This document shows, one piece after another, positions 28,942 through 39,314 of a DNA stretch of 64,000 nucleotides; position 1 is the stretch's first letter, and each line of letters opens with the position of its first letter. The stretch comes from Bacteroidota bacterium (GTDB lineage Bacteria > Bacteroidota > Bacteroidia > NS11-12g > UBA955): NCBI GenBank assembly GCA_016787485.1, contig JAEUUL010000028.1, positions 7,490-71,489 on the forward strand. The letters are read 5' to 3'. The notes under the pieces are model-generated. The model was not told where the DNA came from. It saw only the letters and a program-made list of their open reading frames with translations, and ran no database searches. Both the position numbers and the translations under genes were made by a program.

Positions 28942-31900
28942 TCAGCGCATCAGATGCACTACGCCTTTTCCTGTGTATTCCTCACCAGAATAGAATCGGG
29001 CCTTTACTTTGTAGGCATAAACCCCGGTTTGGCATAACTTATCTTTGTATGTGCCGTCCCATCCACTGGCAGGGTCATTGGTTTCATATACCACTTCACC
29101 CCAGCGGTTGAATATCTGGAACAGATAAAAGTCTTTCTGAACATTAATACCCATCGGTCTGAACACCTCATTTTTGTCATCCTTGTTGGGCGTGAACGCA
29201 TCCGGCACATGCATAATGCCGGTGGGATTTACATACAGCGGTTTTTCTATGAGTAAAGTATCATAACAACCCTGATTGCTGATAGTAATCAGCAATACAT
29301 CATAGAATCCTGTATCGTTTACAGTGAATGCGGGCTCAAACTTGGTGCTTGTTCCCACCAGTGCCTGATTGACATTGCGGAATACAGACCAATTGTAGGT
29401 AATGGCACCCGTGGTGAGATTTCTGGTTCGGATATCCGCATTGGGCAGGAACAGAACCGAGGGGGTAACCATGAAATACGTGTAGGGTGCATTCAATACC
29501 TTTATAAAGTATTTCTTCTCCGTTTTTCCTTCACCGCCAGGGCCTTTTGCCACCAGTGTAACATCGTAATAACCACTGTACTTGTATGTGTGCACCGGGT
29601 CTTTCTCTTCACTCCTGTCCCCGTCGCCGAAGAACCAGATATAGCGGTCTGAGTTTATACTCTGATTGGTGAATTTAACTGTAAGCTGCGGACAACCTGA
29701 ATCCCGGTCGACGATGAATTCCGGCGTAGGAAAGGGTGGTTCTATGCGGATCAGGTTGCAGAAGGTATCTGCACATCCACCGTTGCTCACCATTTTACAC
29801 ACTTTAAACCAACCGGAATCGGTAAAGTCATGGGATGCATCTTTGGCAGTAATGGAATCCTTGGTTAATCCTCCGGGATCAGAGAAATCCCATTTATGTG
29901 TCAGTGGAACAGTGCTCCGGCTCTTATCGGTAAAATAGATACGGTTGTCATTGGGCATTCGTCCTTTGCCAGGGCTGTAATCAAAGTCGGCAAACGGGCT
30001 CATGTCCACACGGATGGTTCCTACGCTTTTCACTGAGTCCACGCATCCGTTGGGGTCAAATGCATATAGCTTAAACTGATACGTTCCGGGTAACTGATAA
30101 TTGTACAGGGGGTTGCGCTGCGAGCTGCCTCCGTTGTCGCCAAAATCCCATATATAGGTAATGGCGCCTTTGGTATAATTGGTGAATTGTACTTTGCCCG
30201 GAGCACAAACAGAGGTGCTGAAATCTTTCATCCCGATTTGCAGACGCTGCGGCAGGGTTACGGTTCTTTTAAAGGAATCCTTGCAACCCCTTCCGCTGAA
30301 TGTGTAGAAATTGATGGTGAAACTGGTGTCCTGCCAAGGGGAAGTGGGGAATAAATGCAGAGGGTCTGTCAATGTACTTTGTGTGCCATCGCCAAATTTA
30401 TATTGTACAGAATTGGCATTTTCTGCAAAGGATTTAAACTGGAAATAGCCGGCATCACAGGGGTTTACCCTGTCTGTGCGGAAAAACGCATAACTCGGGC
30501 GGTATACATTCAGCCAGTAACTCACTGTATCCACACAGTCTGCAGAATAACTGTACAGCGTAACCTTGTAAGCCGTGTCATTTTGTCCGGTGTTGAGATA
30601 GGTATGGTTCGGGTTGGTAAGTGTAGAAGTATACCCATCTCCCAGGTTCCAGAAGTATTTCTTCACGTTGATGCTGTTGTTGGTGAAATTTACCTTGTGC
30701 GGGGCACAGCCTGCGGGATTATCGTAAGTAAATTTCGGAATCGGGTAAGGCAACACGGTCATGGTTCCTCTGGCCGTGTCCCTGCAACCATTCGGACTCC
30801 TTGCGATTAACTGGATGAAATAGGTTGTGTCCCGGAACGGGTCAGGGTTCTTCTTGAAAAAGTGCTTGGGGTTTGTAGTGGTGGTAATGGTTCCGTCTCC
30901 CAGATTCCAGCTGTAGTTATACGCTGCCAGACTCTGGTTCAGAAACTGCATCTGATCCGGGAAGCAGAACGTGTCTTTGCTCACCAGATAGGCAGATATA
31001 GGATTGCCATATACAGTTACTTTTTGTTTTACCGTATCGCTTTTGCAGTTGAATTTGGAAATGGCGTATAAACTCACATTCACAACACTGTCGAAAATGT
31101 CCTGACCGTAAAACGTTTTGGTGGGTGCTTTGGCAGTATCCGTTCCATAGGCACTGAAATCCCAGAAGTACTTCTGCCCGTTTAGTGTGGTATTGCTGAA
31201 GTTTACAGTAAGTGGCCCGCAACCCCCTGAAACACTGGGACCGAATTGAATGGATGGGTCCGGATGAAGGGTCACTGCACCTGTAGAGGTATCAAGACAC
31301 CCGTGTTCACTTTCGGCGATTAGCCGTATGGTATAGGTTGTGTCAAAATTGTACTTATCCGTATAGACAACACCGGGCTTGGACAAGACAGAAGATGTCT
31401 TGTTGCCGAAATCCCATTTGAATTTCATGATGCTGATAGAGCCGGTGTCCCAGGGCTTGCTCTGGTTGTTCATCAGTATGTTCAGTGGTTTACAGCCACT
31501 ACCCGCACTGACTGTGAATTTCGACAAAGGTTTGGGGTATACCCTAACTGTTTTGTAGCTGGTATCCATACACCCATGCTCAGAAATGGCTATGAGCCGG
31601 ATGCTGTAATTGGTGTCCTGGGTTTTGCTGGCTTTATATGTGGCCACGCTATCTGTCCTGAAAGCCTGTGTTCCATTGCCAAAAGCCCAGCGGAATTTCA
31701 TTATATAAATAGAGCCGGTATCATAAGGGATACTGGTGTTCTGTGTTTTCACAACCAGAGGTGCACAGCCATCGTATTTGTCCAGCACAAAGCGGCTCAG
31801 GGGCTTGGGATACACCCTGACTGTTTGCGACGTGCTGTCCACACAATTGAAACTATTGGTAACCGTGAGTTTTATGGTATAAACGGTATCCTTGGTTTTG

Positions 31901-34059
31901 CTGGCGAAATAGGTAACGGTAGAATCGGCAGATGTACTTGTTTTTCCCTGACCATAGTTCCAAACAAAACTGAGTTGCCCGAATGTACCGCCACCATTGT
32001 GTACACTGTTGTTTTTAAAAGGTACGGCATTGGGTCCGCAACCATTTTTGGTGCCGGAAAAGCTGGCTGTAGGACGCGGTTTGATCACCACTGGTAATTT
32101 GATGGTGTCTTTGCAACCATTTGGATCTACCACCCGCACAGTACTTATATATGTTTTTGCAGAATCGTAGGTATGGTAGTGATCCAGGCTGGTGTAACCA
32201 AAGTTGCTGTACAAAGCAGTACCATCTCCATGATCCCAGTACACATTGCTACTGCTGAACCCTGTGGTATAACGCAGTTGGATCGGAGATTTGGGACACA
32301 GGCTGGTGGATATTACACTGGCCGTAAGACTTGCCTTACCCAAAACCTGAATGAGCATGCTGGTTGTATCAGAGCCGCAGCTGTCCGTGGCAATCAGTTT
32401 AATGGTATAGTTGCCTGCGGTACTATATGTGCGGGAAGCCGGTGTTTTGGCTGTGCTTGTGCTGTTGTCTTCAAATATCCACTTGTAGGTGGTCGCGCTG
32501 GGGTAGGGCTCTGTAGATGTGTTTACAAAGGTATGGGTATAGGGCGAACACCGGTATCCCGATAAAGGTTGAATCCCGGCTTTCACTTTCTGTTTCGCAA
32601 CAACCGTGAGTGTATCTTTAAAGGTTCCGCAACTATTTGAAATGGTAAGTATGGGTTTGAATGTCCCGCTGTTCTTATAAGTCCACGAGGCTTTCACACT
32701 CGAAGACTGGTTTACATTGTAACTGGGGTCGTGAAAGTCCCATACCCTTGTGGTTACTGTGCCAATAGAACTATCTACAAAATTCACCGTAAAGGGTGGG
32801 CAGCTCACCAGATTTTTAGGGGTGGCGCGTGCTTTTATCTTGGGTACTGAGTCAATTTTCAATATGTACTTTCCAGTGTCTTTACCACAGGTATTGCTGT
32901 CTATAATCAGCACAGTATAGGTGCCACGTGCAGAGTATTTATGAGACTGGCTGGCTGTGGTTGTCAATCCTGTTATTTTGGTTCCATCTCCCCATATAAT
33001 GGTGTACTTTTTAGGGTTTGGTGTACTGCAAAACCGGTTCTGCGACTGATTGTCAAACACAAAATCCTTGGTAAGGTCACAGTTCGTGGGATTTTGCGGT
33101 CTGATAATGGCTGTATCTTTGGTGGAAACCTGAATCGGATTCCAGGTCGCAGAGCTGCTTCCACAATAATTTTTTGCAGTGAGGGTTACCACACCATTGC
33201 ACAACATTCTCTTATACGTATGGTAGAGAGTGTCTTTATAGGTGGTACTAGCGAGGGTGTAGGTGGTGCTATCCCCCATTTTCCAGATAAAACTGGTAGC
33301 AGGTGAGGAATTCAGAGAATTATTGATGAACCTCACCTTTAATGGCCCGCAACCTCCGTTTGTTCCTGTGGGTGGGCCAATGATTCCTGCAACTGGCTGC
33401 CTCTCGTTAATGACCACACCATACAACGTATCCGTACACCCGTTTTTGGTACTTATAGCCATTAGTGTAAATACACCCAGAGATGTGTATTTGTGATAAA
33501 CGGACTGCGTTTTCAGCAGCATGGAACCGGAGTTGGAATTCCCGTCACCCCAGCGGATGACATAATTGTTCATTGTATCCTGCACTTCGAAGAAAACACC
33601 AAACGTATCGGGTGTGCCAAAGGTGCTGATACAGTTGTAATACTCCGGAGCATAGGAATACACTCCGTTCGGATCCTTTATTTTAGGAGCACGGATAGAA
33701 ATGGTCACCGTCACCGAAACCGAATCCTTGCAAGGACTTTTACCGGTATCCGTGGCCACAAGTTTAAACGTATAGCTTCCTGCACTTGAAATTTTATAGG
33801 AAGCTGTACCCTTGCCGACTCCCGTTTTAAATACTGTATTTCCCAGTTTCCACACGTAGCTTGCCACAGTTGAGCTCACTCCCGTGGTGGTATTGGTGAA
33901 GTTAACAGTAACGGGTACACCGCAACTCTTGGACAGTGAATAACTGAAGCTGGGTGAGAAATTAGAGCAGGCGGACCAGCCGCTGTTCCATAACGACAGA
34001 AAAAGTGTGAGCAGCACAACCCTCCCCAGGATTGCACCCCTCAAAGTAGTAAGACCCAT
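28942..34059 (-). CDS. Giant PKD-repeat cell-surface protein (SprB-like adhesin class) with a T9SS type-B C-terminal sorting domain.
   Basis: About 1705 aa. Signal peptide MGLTTLRGAILGRVVLLTLFLSLWNSGWSA. More than 10 reiterated PKD-like modules of about 90 aa (...CKDT..V.V.P.P...F...). C-terminus ...VPDAFTPNKDDKNEVFRP...FQIFNRWGEVVYE...GWDGTY... is the gliding-motility-associated type-B CTD signature. Confidence 0.85.
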   Translation of the reverse strand: MGLTTLRGAILGRVVLLTLFLSLWNSGWSACSNFSPSFSYSLSKSCGVPVTVNFTNTTTGVSSTVASYVWKLGNTVFKTGVGKGTASYKISSAGSYTFKLVATDTGKSPCKDSVSVTVTISIRAPKIKDPNGVYSYAPEYYNCISTFGTPDTFGVFFEVQDTMNNYVIRWGDGNSNSGSMLLKTQSVYHKYTSLGVFTLMAISTKNGCTDTLYGVVINERQPVAGIIGPPTGTNGGCGPLKVRFINNSLNSSPATSFIWKMGDSTTYTLASTTYKDTLYHTYKRMLCNGVVTLTAKNYCGSSSATWNPIQVSTKDTAIIRPQNPTNCDLTKDFVFDNQSQNRFCSTPNPKKYTIIWGDGTKITGLTTTASQSHKYSARGTYTVLIIDSNTCGKDTGKYILKIDSVPKIKARATPKNLVSCPPFTVNFVDSSIGTVTTRVWDFHDPSYNVNQSSSVKASWTYKNSGTFKPILTISNSCGTFKDTLTVVAKQKVKAGIQPLSGYRCSPYTHTFVNTSTEPYPSATTYKWIFEDNSTSTAKTPASRTYSTAGNYTIKLIATDSCGSDTTSMLIQVLGKASLTASVISTSLCPKSPIQLRYTTGFSSSNVYWDHGDGTALYSNFGYTSLDHYHTYDSAKTYISTVRVVDPNGCKDTIKLPVVIKPRPTASFSGTKNGCGPNAVPFKNNSVHNGGGTFGQLSFVWNYGQGKTSTSADSTVTYFASKTKDTVYTIKLTVTNSFNCVDSTSQTVRVYPKPLSRFVLDKYDGCAPLVVKTQNTSIPYDTGSIYIMKFRWAFGNGTQAFRTDSVATYKASKTQDTNYSIRLIAISEHGCMDTSYKTVRVYPKPLSKFTVSAGSGCKPLNILMNNQSKPWDTGSISIMKFKWDFGNKTSSVLSKPGVVYTDKYNFDTTYTIRLIAESEHGCLDTSTGAVTLHPDPSIQFGPSVSGGCGPLTVNFSNTTLNGQKYFWDFSAYGTDTAKAPTKTFYGQDIFDSVVNVSLYAISKFNCKSDTVKQKVTVYGNPISAYLVSKDTFCFPDQMQFLNQSLAAYNYSWNLGDGTITTTTNPKHFFKKNPDPFRDTTYFIQLIARSPNGCRDTARGTMTVLPYPIPKFTYDNPAGCAPHKVNFTNNSINVKKYFWNLGDGYTSTLTNPNHTYLNTGQNDTAYKVTLYSYSADCVDTVSYWLNVYRPSYAFFRTDRVNPCDAGYFQFKSFAENANSVQYKFGDGTQSTLTDPLHLFPTSPWQDTSFTINFYTFSGRGCKDSFKRTVTLPQRLQIGMKDFSTSVCAPGKVQFTNYTKGAITYIWDFGDNGGSSQRNPLYNYQLPGTYQFKLYAFDPNGCVDSVKSVGTIRVDMSPFADFDYSPGKGRMPNDNRIYFTDKSRSTVPLTHKWDFSDPGGLTKDSITAKDASHDFTDSGWFKVCKMVSNGGCADTFCNLIRIEPPFPTPEFIVDRDSGCPQLTVKFTNQSINSDRYIWFFGDGDRSEEKDPVHTYKYSGYYDVTLVAKGPGGEGKTEKKYFIKVLNAPYTYFMVTPSVLFLPNADIRTRNLTTGAITYNWSVFRNVNQALVGTSTKFEPAFTVNDTGFYDVLLITISNQGCYDTLLIEKPLYVNPTGIMHVPDAFTPNKDDKNEVFRPMGINVQKDFYLFQIFNRWGEVVYETNDPASGWDGTYKDKLCQTGVYAYKVKARFYSGEEYTGKGVVHLMR

Positions 34060-34312
34060 ATTAACCCTCCGTTTTTTTGATTTGCTTAGTTCATAGTATA
34101 TCAGTTTGACATGACGTATGGCAAATCCGTTGCCCGGGGGCAGTGAATATTTCCCGGCAATCCGATCTTTCAGGCCCCCCAGCTCTGAGATTTGACAGTG
34201 CAACTTATGCATAATCAAATGCAAAAACAAGCAATTATCTGGAAATTGTCATATTTAGTATATCAACACTTGTGAATCAATGGGTTAGAAATATTAAATA
34301 TTTGTAACCCGA

Positions 34313-35356
34313 TTAATCCTGCCCGGAGTTAACCAATTGTCCGCAGGCAGCGTCAATATCTTTGCCCCGGCTGCGTCTTACATTCACAATCAATTTGGCT
34401 GCAGAAAGCGCATCAGCAAAGGATTTCAGCCGATCTTCACCCGTAGGCTTATAGTCGGCCTGCCTTATGGGATTGTATTCGATCAGGTTGATTTTACAGG
34501 GAAATCTGCGGGCGAATAGGATTAAATCCCTGGCTTCCTTGTCGCCATCGTTTACATTTTCAATGACAGTATACTCAAGAGTAGGCCTGGTGCGGGTTTT
34601 GCGATACCAGTAGCCCAAAGCTTCTGCCAAACTGTCCAGTGGATTGCTCACATTGATGGGCATGATGGAAGACCGGCTTTCATCATTCGCTGCATGCAGG
34701 CTGAGTGCAAGGTTGAAACGAGCCCCGTCATCGGCAAGCTTCATAATCATTTTGCTTATACCGGCAGTGCTTATGGTGAGCCGTTGCGGACTCATGTGCA
34801 ATCCCTCCTCAGAAGTAATCAGCTCCACACTGCGCCACATGTTGGCATAATTCAGCAAGGGCTCTCCCATACCCATATAAACAATGTTGTCCAGGGGCCG
34901 GCCATACTGTTTCATGGACAGCTCATTCAGCAATACCACCTGATCATAAATTTCCTGTGCATCCAGATTTCGCTGTCTTTTGAGATATCCTGTTGCACAA
35001 AATTTGCAGTCGAGGCTGCAACCTACCTGGCTGCTTACGCAGGCCGTGGTCCGCGAATCGGTGGGGATAAGCACCCCTTCCACAAAGGAATCGTCCCAAA
35101 GCCTGAAACTGCATTTAACGGTGCCATCATTGCTAATCTGGGTTTGGTGAATGCTGGCGGGTTTCAGTTCAAACGTTTCTTCCAATTTTGCTCTCAGTGC
35201 GTTCGACAAATCGGTCATTTCGGCAAAACTGCGGGCCGATTTCTTCCACAGCCACAGCCAGATTTGTCTGCCGCGGAATGCAGGCTCGCCCATAGCCTGT
35301 AAGGCAGTAATTATTTCTTCTTTGCTCAAAGACCGTATGTCTTTGCGGGTGCTCAT
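34313..35356 (-). CDS. rlmN: 23S rRNA (adenine2503-C2)-methyltransferase, radical SAM.
   Basis: The CSLDCKFCATG CxxxCxxC cluster and overall RlmN/Cfr architecture. Start chosen at MSTRKDIRSL. 4-bp overlap with der. Confidence 0.88.
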   Translation of the reverse strand: MSTRKDIRSLSKEEIITALQAMGEPAFRGRQIWLWLWKKSARSFAEMTDLSNALRAKLEETFELKPASIHQTQISNDGTVKCSFRLWDDSFVEGVLIPTDSRTTACVSSQVGCSLDCKFCATGYLKRQRNLDAQEIYDQVVLLNELSMKQYGRPLDNIVYMGMGEPLLNYANMWRSVELITSEEGLHMSPQRLTISTAGISKMIMKLADDGARFNLALSLHAANDESRSSIMPINVSNPLDSLAEALGYWYRKTRTRPTLEYTVIENVNDGDKEARDLILFARRFPCKINLIEYNPIRQADYKPTGEDRLKSFADALSAAKLIVNVRRSRGKDIDAACGQLVNSGQD

Positions 35357-36669
35357 TTCTTGCGAAAGAACAAAGTAACCGGCACGCCGGTTAGCGGATA
35401 CCGGTCCCGGAGTTTGTTTTCCAGAAAACGGGTATAGCTCTCGGCTACATATTGGGGCAGATTGCAAAACAGTGCAAATGCCACCCGTCTGCTGGGCAAT
35501 TGGGTAACGTACTTGATTTTTACAAATTTGCCTTTGCGGCTTGGCGGGGGAAATGCCTCTATCAGGGGCAGCAGATATTCATTCAGTTCATGCGTGGGAA
35601 TACGCAGCGTAAGCCCTTCGTACACCTTTACAATCGTTTCGGTGGCCTGATAAATGCGTTGTTTTTCCGTAGCGGATATATAGAGAATAGGAACATCTGT
35701 GAATGGTGATATCCGTTCGTGAATCATCCTGGTATATTCCAGATGGGTGTTGCTGTCCTTGGTAACCAGATCCCATTTGTTCACCAGTATCACCACACCT
35801 TTTCCCTGTCTGTGCGCCATCCAGAACAAATTCAGGTCCTGTGCCTCCATACCCAGCGTGGCATCCAATACAAGCACTACCACGTCACTGTCTTCCAGTG
35901 CCCGCAAACTGCGCATGACACTGTAGAATTCGATGTTCTCACTTACCTTGCTTTTACGGCGTATGCCTGCAGTATCTACCAGCACCAGGTCGCGGCCAAA
36001 TGCGGTATAACGGGTATCAATGCTGTCCCGGGTGGTGCCTGCCACAGGGGTTACTATGTTGCGGTCGGCCCCGGTAAGTGCGTTAATCAGGCTGCTTTTG
36101 CCCACATTTGGTCTGCCCACAATGGCAATTCTGGGTAAATCCTTTTCTTCCTCTTTCTGTAAATCCGGCTTGGCAGGTTCAAGCAATGGAACCAATTTAT
36201 CCAGCAGTTCTCCGGTACCACTGCCTGTTATGGCAGAAATTTCGAAATATTCAGGAAATCCCAGGCTGTAGAATACCGGACTGTCCTGACTCAGGCGGTC
36301 ATTGTCCACCTTGTTCACCACCAGCAACACGGGTTTCTTGCTTTTGCGCAGCACCGAGGCGAATTCTTCGTCCAGCGGATTTACATCGGTGGTTACATCC
36401 ACCACAAACAGAAGCACTGCTGCTTCTTCAATGGCAATATGAACCTGCTCGCGGATAGCTGCTTCAAATACATCCGAACTATCGGGCACAAAACCACCGG
36501 TGTCAATCACCGTAAAGTTGATCCCGTTCCAGTCTGATGTGCCATAATGCCTGTCGCGGGTTACCCCGCTTACATCATCCACTATGGCCTTGCGTTCACC
36601 CGTCAGCCGGTTGAATAGGGTTGATTTGCCCACATTGGGCCTGCCGACGATTGCAACTATACGGTTCAT
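35353..36669 (-). CDS. der: Ribosome-associated GTPase Der/EngA.
   Basis: Two tandem G-domains with GRPNVGKS P-loops, plus a C-terminal KH-like domain. Start at MNRIVAIVG. Confidence 0.9.
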   Translation of the reverse strand: MNRIVAIVGRPNVGKSTLFNRLTGERKAIVDDVSGVTRDRHYGTSDWNGINFTVIDTGGFVPDSSDVFEAAIREQVHIAIEEAAVLLFVVDVTTDVNPLDEEFASVLRKSKKPVLLVVNKVDNDRLSQDSPVFYSLGFPEYFEISAITGSGTGELLDKLVPLLEPAKPDLQKEEEKDLPRIAIVGRPNVGKSSLINALTGADRNIVTPVAGTTRDSIDTRYTAFGRDLVLVDTAGIRRKSKVSENIEFYSVMRSLRALEDSDVVVLVLDATLGMEAQDLNLFWMAHRQGKGVVILVNKWDLVTKDSNTHLEYTRMIHERISPFTDVPILYISATEKQRIYQATETIVKVYEGLTLRIPTHELNEYLLPLIEAFPPPSRKGKFVKIKYVTQLPSRRVAFALFCNLPQYVAESYTRFLENKLRDRYPLTGVPVTLFFRKK

Positions 36670-36700
36670 GAAAAAGCCTGCAAAGATACGGCTTTCCGGC

Positions 36701-37372
36701 CTACTGACCCAGATTGAATCCTGGCGCCGGGATGGATTTGCCTTTTTCGGGCAGTTTTCCGTCCATTCTGCCTTCCCATGCCATGTGTTTTCCACTTTCC
36801 GATTCACGGAAAACCAGATAGAATTTGCCTCGCAGCTGCCGCCTGGCGTACTGGTTTTTATCCAGTTCCACTGTTCCTCTCAGAAACTCATAATGCCGGT
36901 TTTTATCCGAACTGATGCTCAGCAATCTGGTGTTGCACTTTACCGAATCCCCCATCAGAGTGAGTTCCAGCCAGGAATGGTTTGCCGGGTCACCATGGGT
37001 TTTCAGAAAAAATGTATCGCCGGTATTGCGGATGGCAAAAAACCGGCTTCCGATAAACTCTGGCATAGTGCTGCTGATGACAGCATTGCACTGAAAATGG
37101 CTGGTATCGAATGCTGCATAATAGGCTTTCCTGTTTTTTACCGGAATAATTCCATCCTTTGTCCGCAGTTTTTCCAGTTGAGGATCGCAAAATCCATCGC
37201 ACACGAGCTGTCCCTTCTGGTTGCGAAACACATTCACATTGTAACTCCATTCCCGGCTGAATGAATAATCCCCCGGTACGGAGTCCTTCCATTGTATGCT
37301 CACTTTATCTGCTCCGGTTTGGGCTTCAAGCAAACCCGGAATCAGAACCAACCACATCCAAAGAAACCGCAT
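36701..37372 (-). CDS. Hypothetical secreted protein.
   Basis: Signal peptide MRFLWMWLVLIPGLLEAQ. No recognisable motif. Uncharacterised. Confidence 0.5.
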   Translation of the reverse strand: MRFLWMWLVLIPGLLEAQTGADKVSIQWKDSVPGDYSFSREWSYNVNVFRNQKGQLVCDGFCDPQLEKLRTKDGIIPVKNRKAYYAAFDTSHFQCNAVISSTMPEFIGSRFFAIRNTGDTFFLKTHGDPANHSWLELTLMGDSVKCNTRLLSISSDKNRHYEFLRGTVELDKNQYARRQLRGKFYLVFRESESGKHMAWEGRMDGKLPEKGKSIPAPGFNLGQ

Positions 37373-37439
37373 GTGCCTTTACGTGCAAGAATCAAGCCAG
37401 TCTTCTGTGTTTTCGTATGTGTTCCAGTACCTTTGTCCC

Positions 37440-37937
37440 ATGCAATTGCCTGTTGTCTCTCACATCGCTGCTATGGGTAAGAACCGCGAACTGGGTGCAG
37501 GCAATGCACTGCTCTGGCATCTGCCGGATGATTTTGCCTGGTTCGTGAAACATACCCGCGGGCATCCTGTCATCATGGGGCGCAAAACCATGGAAAGTCT
37601 GGGTCGCCCCCTCAAAAACAGGCAGAACATTGTCATTTCGCGCAATCCGGAATTGAAAATGGAAGGGTTCGAGATAGTTCCGGATATTCACACCGCATTC
37701 AACCTGGCCCGCCTGTCTGATACCGATGAAATCTTCATCATTGGAGGCGGTGAAATTTACCGGCAGTCTTTGCCATTTACCCACCGGCTCTATCTGACAC
37801 TTGTGCATGCCGCTTTTCCCGCAGCAGATACTTTTTACCCGTCCCTGGATCCGGTATGGAAGGAAACCTTTCGGGAACACCATACATCCGACGATAAACA
37901 TGCTTTCGCCTTTGATTTTTGCATTTACGAACGATGA
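37440..37937 (+). CDS. folA: Dihydrofolate reductase.
   Basis: ...ISHIAAMGKNRELG...LPW...GRKT... matches the DHFR pattern. About 165 aa from the internal Met. Its stop overlaps the next gene's start (ATGA). Confidence 0.85.
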   Translation: MQLPVVSHIAAMGKNRELGAGNALLWHLPDDFAWFVKHTRGHPVIMGRKTMESLGRPLKNRQNIVISRNPELKMEGFEIVPDIHTAFNLARLSDTDEIFIIGGGEIYRQSLPFTHRLYLTLVHAAFPAADTFYPSLDPVWKETFREHHTSDDKHAFAFDFCIYER

Positions 37938-39304
37938 AAAAAGGGGTGGTTTTGCTTGTTGTTCTGGCCGGAATTTTTGGCTGGATACAGGCGCAACAAC
38001 CTGATTCTGTTTTTCATTTCCGGTATTTGCAGATTATTGGCAACAGGCGCACACATCCCTCCGTATTTCTGCGCGAAACCGGCCGTAAACCCGGAGACAC
38101 GGTTCAATTTCCGGGTATTCAGTTTCCGGTCTGGCAAAAAAGACTGAGCAGCCTGGGCCTGTTTAACCATGTCCTGGTAGAAAGCCATTCAGATACCCTT
38201 CTCATTCAGGTGGCAGAAAGGGTTTTTGTCTGGGGTCTTCCCATGCTGGGCTGGGGCGACCGTAATTTCAATATCTGGTGGAAAACGAAAGATGCAGGGA
38301 GATTGATTTATGGGGGGACCATTTACATCAATAATATATGGGGTAGGGCCTACAGTGCGGAGATTACCGCAATCGGCGGTTACAATCAGGTGGCCGGAAT
38401 CCGCCTCACATCCCCTTTTACCCGTTATAACCGTGGCTGGAGTTATGGTATTCACGCCCAGTATATGACCAATCATGAATTATGGGTGAATACAGCCGGA
38501 GACAAGTTGCAGTTTCTGCACGATGACAGCCGGAGGGTTCAGCAAAATTTCACAGCCGGCCTGGTGCAGAAACACCGGTTGAATTATTTCAGAAGGCTGG
38601 AATTTGAACAGGGATATACCCGCAATATCATTTCAGATACTGCTTTCAAAACCAATCCGCAGTATTTGCTGGGTACAGCAGGCATGCATACTGTTTCTGC
38701 CGGAATTTCCTTTACAGATGACCACCGGAACCAGCGGGATTATCCTACAGGGGGTCACTACCTGAGGCTGGCCATTCAGCAGCAGGGGTTGTACACATCC
38801 GCAAAATCGGAATTCCCATTGACTGCTTTATTAAAGGCCTCCTTTTACAAACCCTTCAGGAGGCATTGGGTTTGGGTTTCTGGATTTACTGCCCGGTACA
38901 CCACCGGATATCTTCCATACAACCGCCTGCGTGCCCTGGGTTATCAATCGGACTATGTGCGGGGATACGAGCCATGGGTAGCTGATGGGAACGGATTTGT
39001 GCTTGGCAAACTGGCATTGCGGCGCGCTTTGCTGCAAAACCGCACGGCCAGACTCGGGCGTGGATCTGCACTTAAAAATTACCGCAGAGTACCCATAAGC
39101 CTCTGGATGAATATCTTTGCAGATGCAGGCAGGGTATTAACACCTGCATTGAACCCATTGAACACACTGAACAAACAGTGGATGACCGGTGCCGGCGCAG
39201 GCCTGGATTTTACGTTTTATTACGACTCACTTGTGCGTGTGGAAGCCGCAGCAAACGGCCTGGGTACCGTGGTATGGAATTTTTCATTTAAAAACGCATT
39301 TTGA
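37934..39304 (+). CDS. Omp85 / BamA-TamA-family outer-membrane beta-barrel protein with one POTRA-like domain.
   Basis: Signal peptide MKKGVVLLVVLAGIFGWIQAQ. POTRA-like region FHFRYLQIIGNRRTHPSVFLRETGRKPGD. Alternating aromatic beta-strands. C-terminal phenylalanine (NFSFKNAF). Confidence 0.7.
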   Translation: MKKGVVLLVVLAGIFGWIQAQQPDSVFHFRYLQIIGNRRTHPSVFLRETGRKPGDTVQFPGIQFPVWQKRLSSLGLFNHVLVESHSDTLLIQVAERVFVWGLPMLGWGDRNFNIWWKTKDAGRLIYGGTIYINNIWGRAYSAEITAIGGYNQVAGIRLTSPFTRYNRGWSYGIHAQYMTNHELWVNTAGDKLQFLHDDSRRVQQNFTAGLVQKHRLNYFRRLEFEQGYTRNIISDTAFKTNPQYLLGTAGMHTVSAGISFTDDHRNQRDYPTGGHYLRLAIQQQGLYTSAKSEFPLTALLKASFYKPFRRHWVWVSGFTARYTTGYLPYNRLRALGYQSDYVRGYEPWVADGNGFVLGKLALRRALLQNRTARLGRGSALKNYRRVPISLWMNIFADAGRVLTPALNPLNTLNKQWMTGAGAGLDFTFYYDSLVRVEAAANGLGTVVWNFSFKNAF

Positions 39305-39314
39305 TGCACAGATC

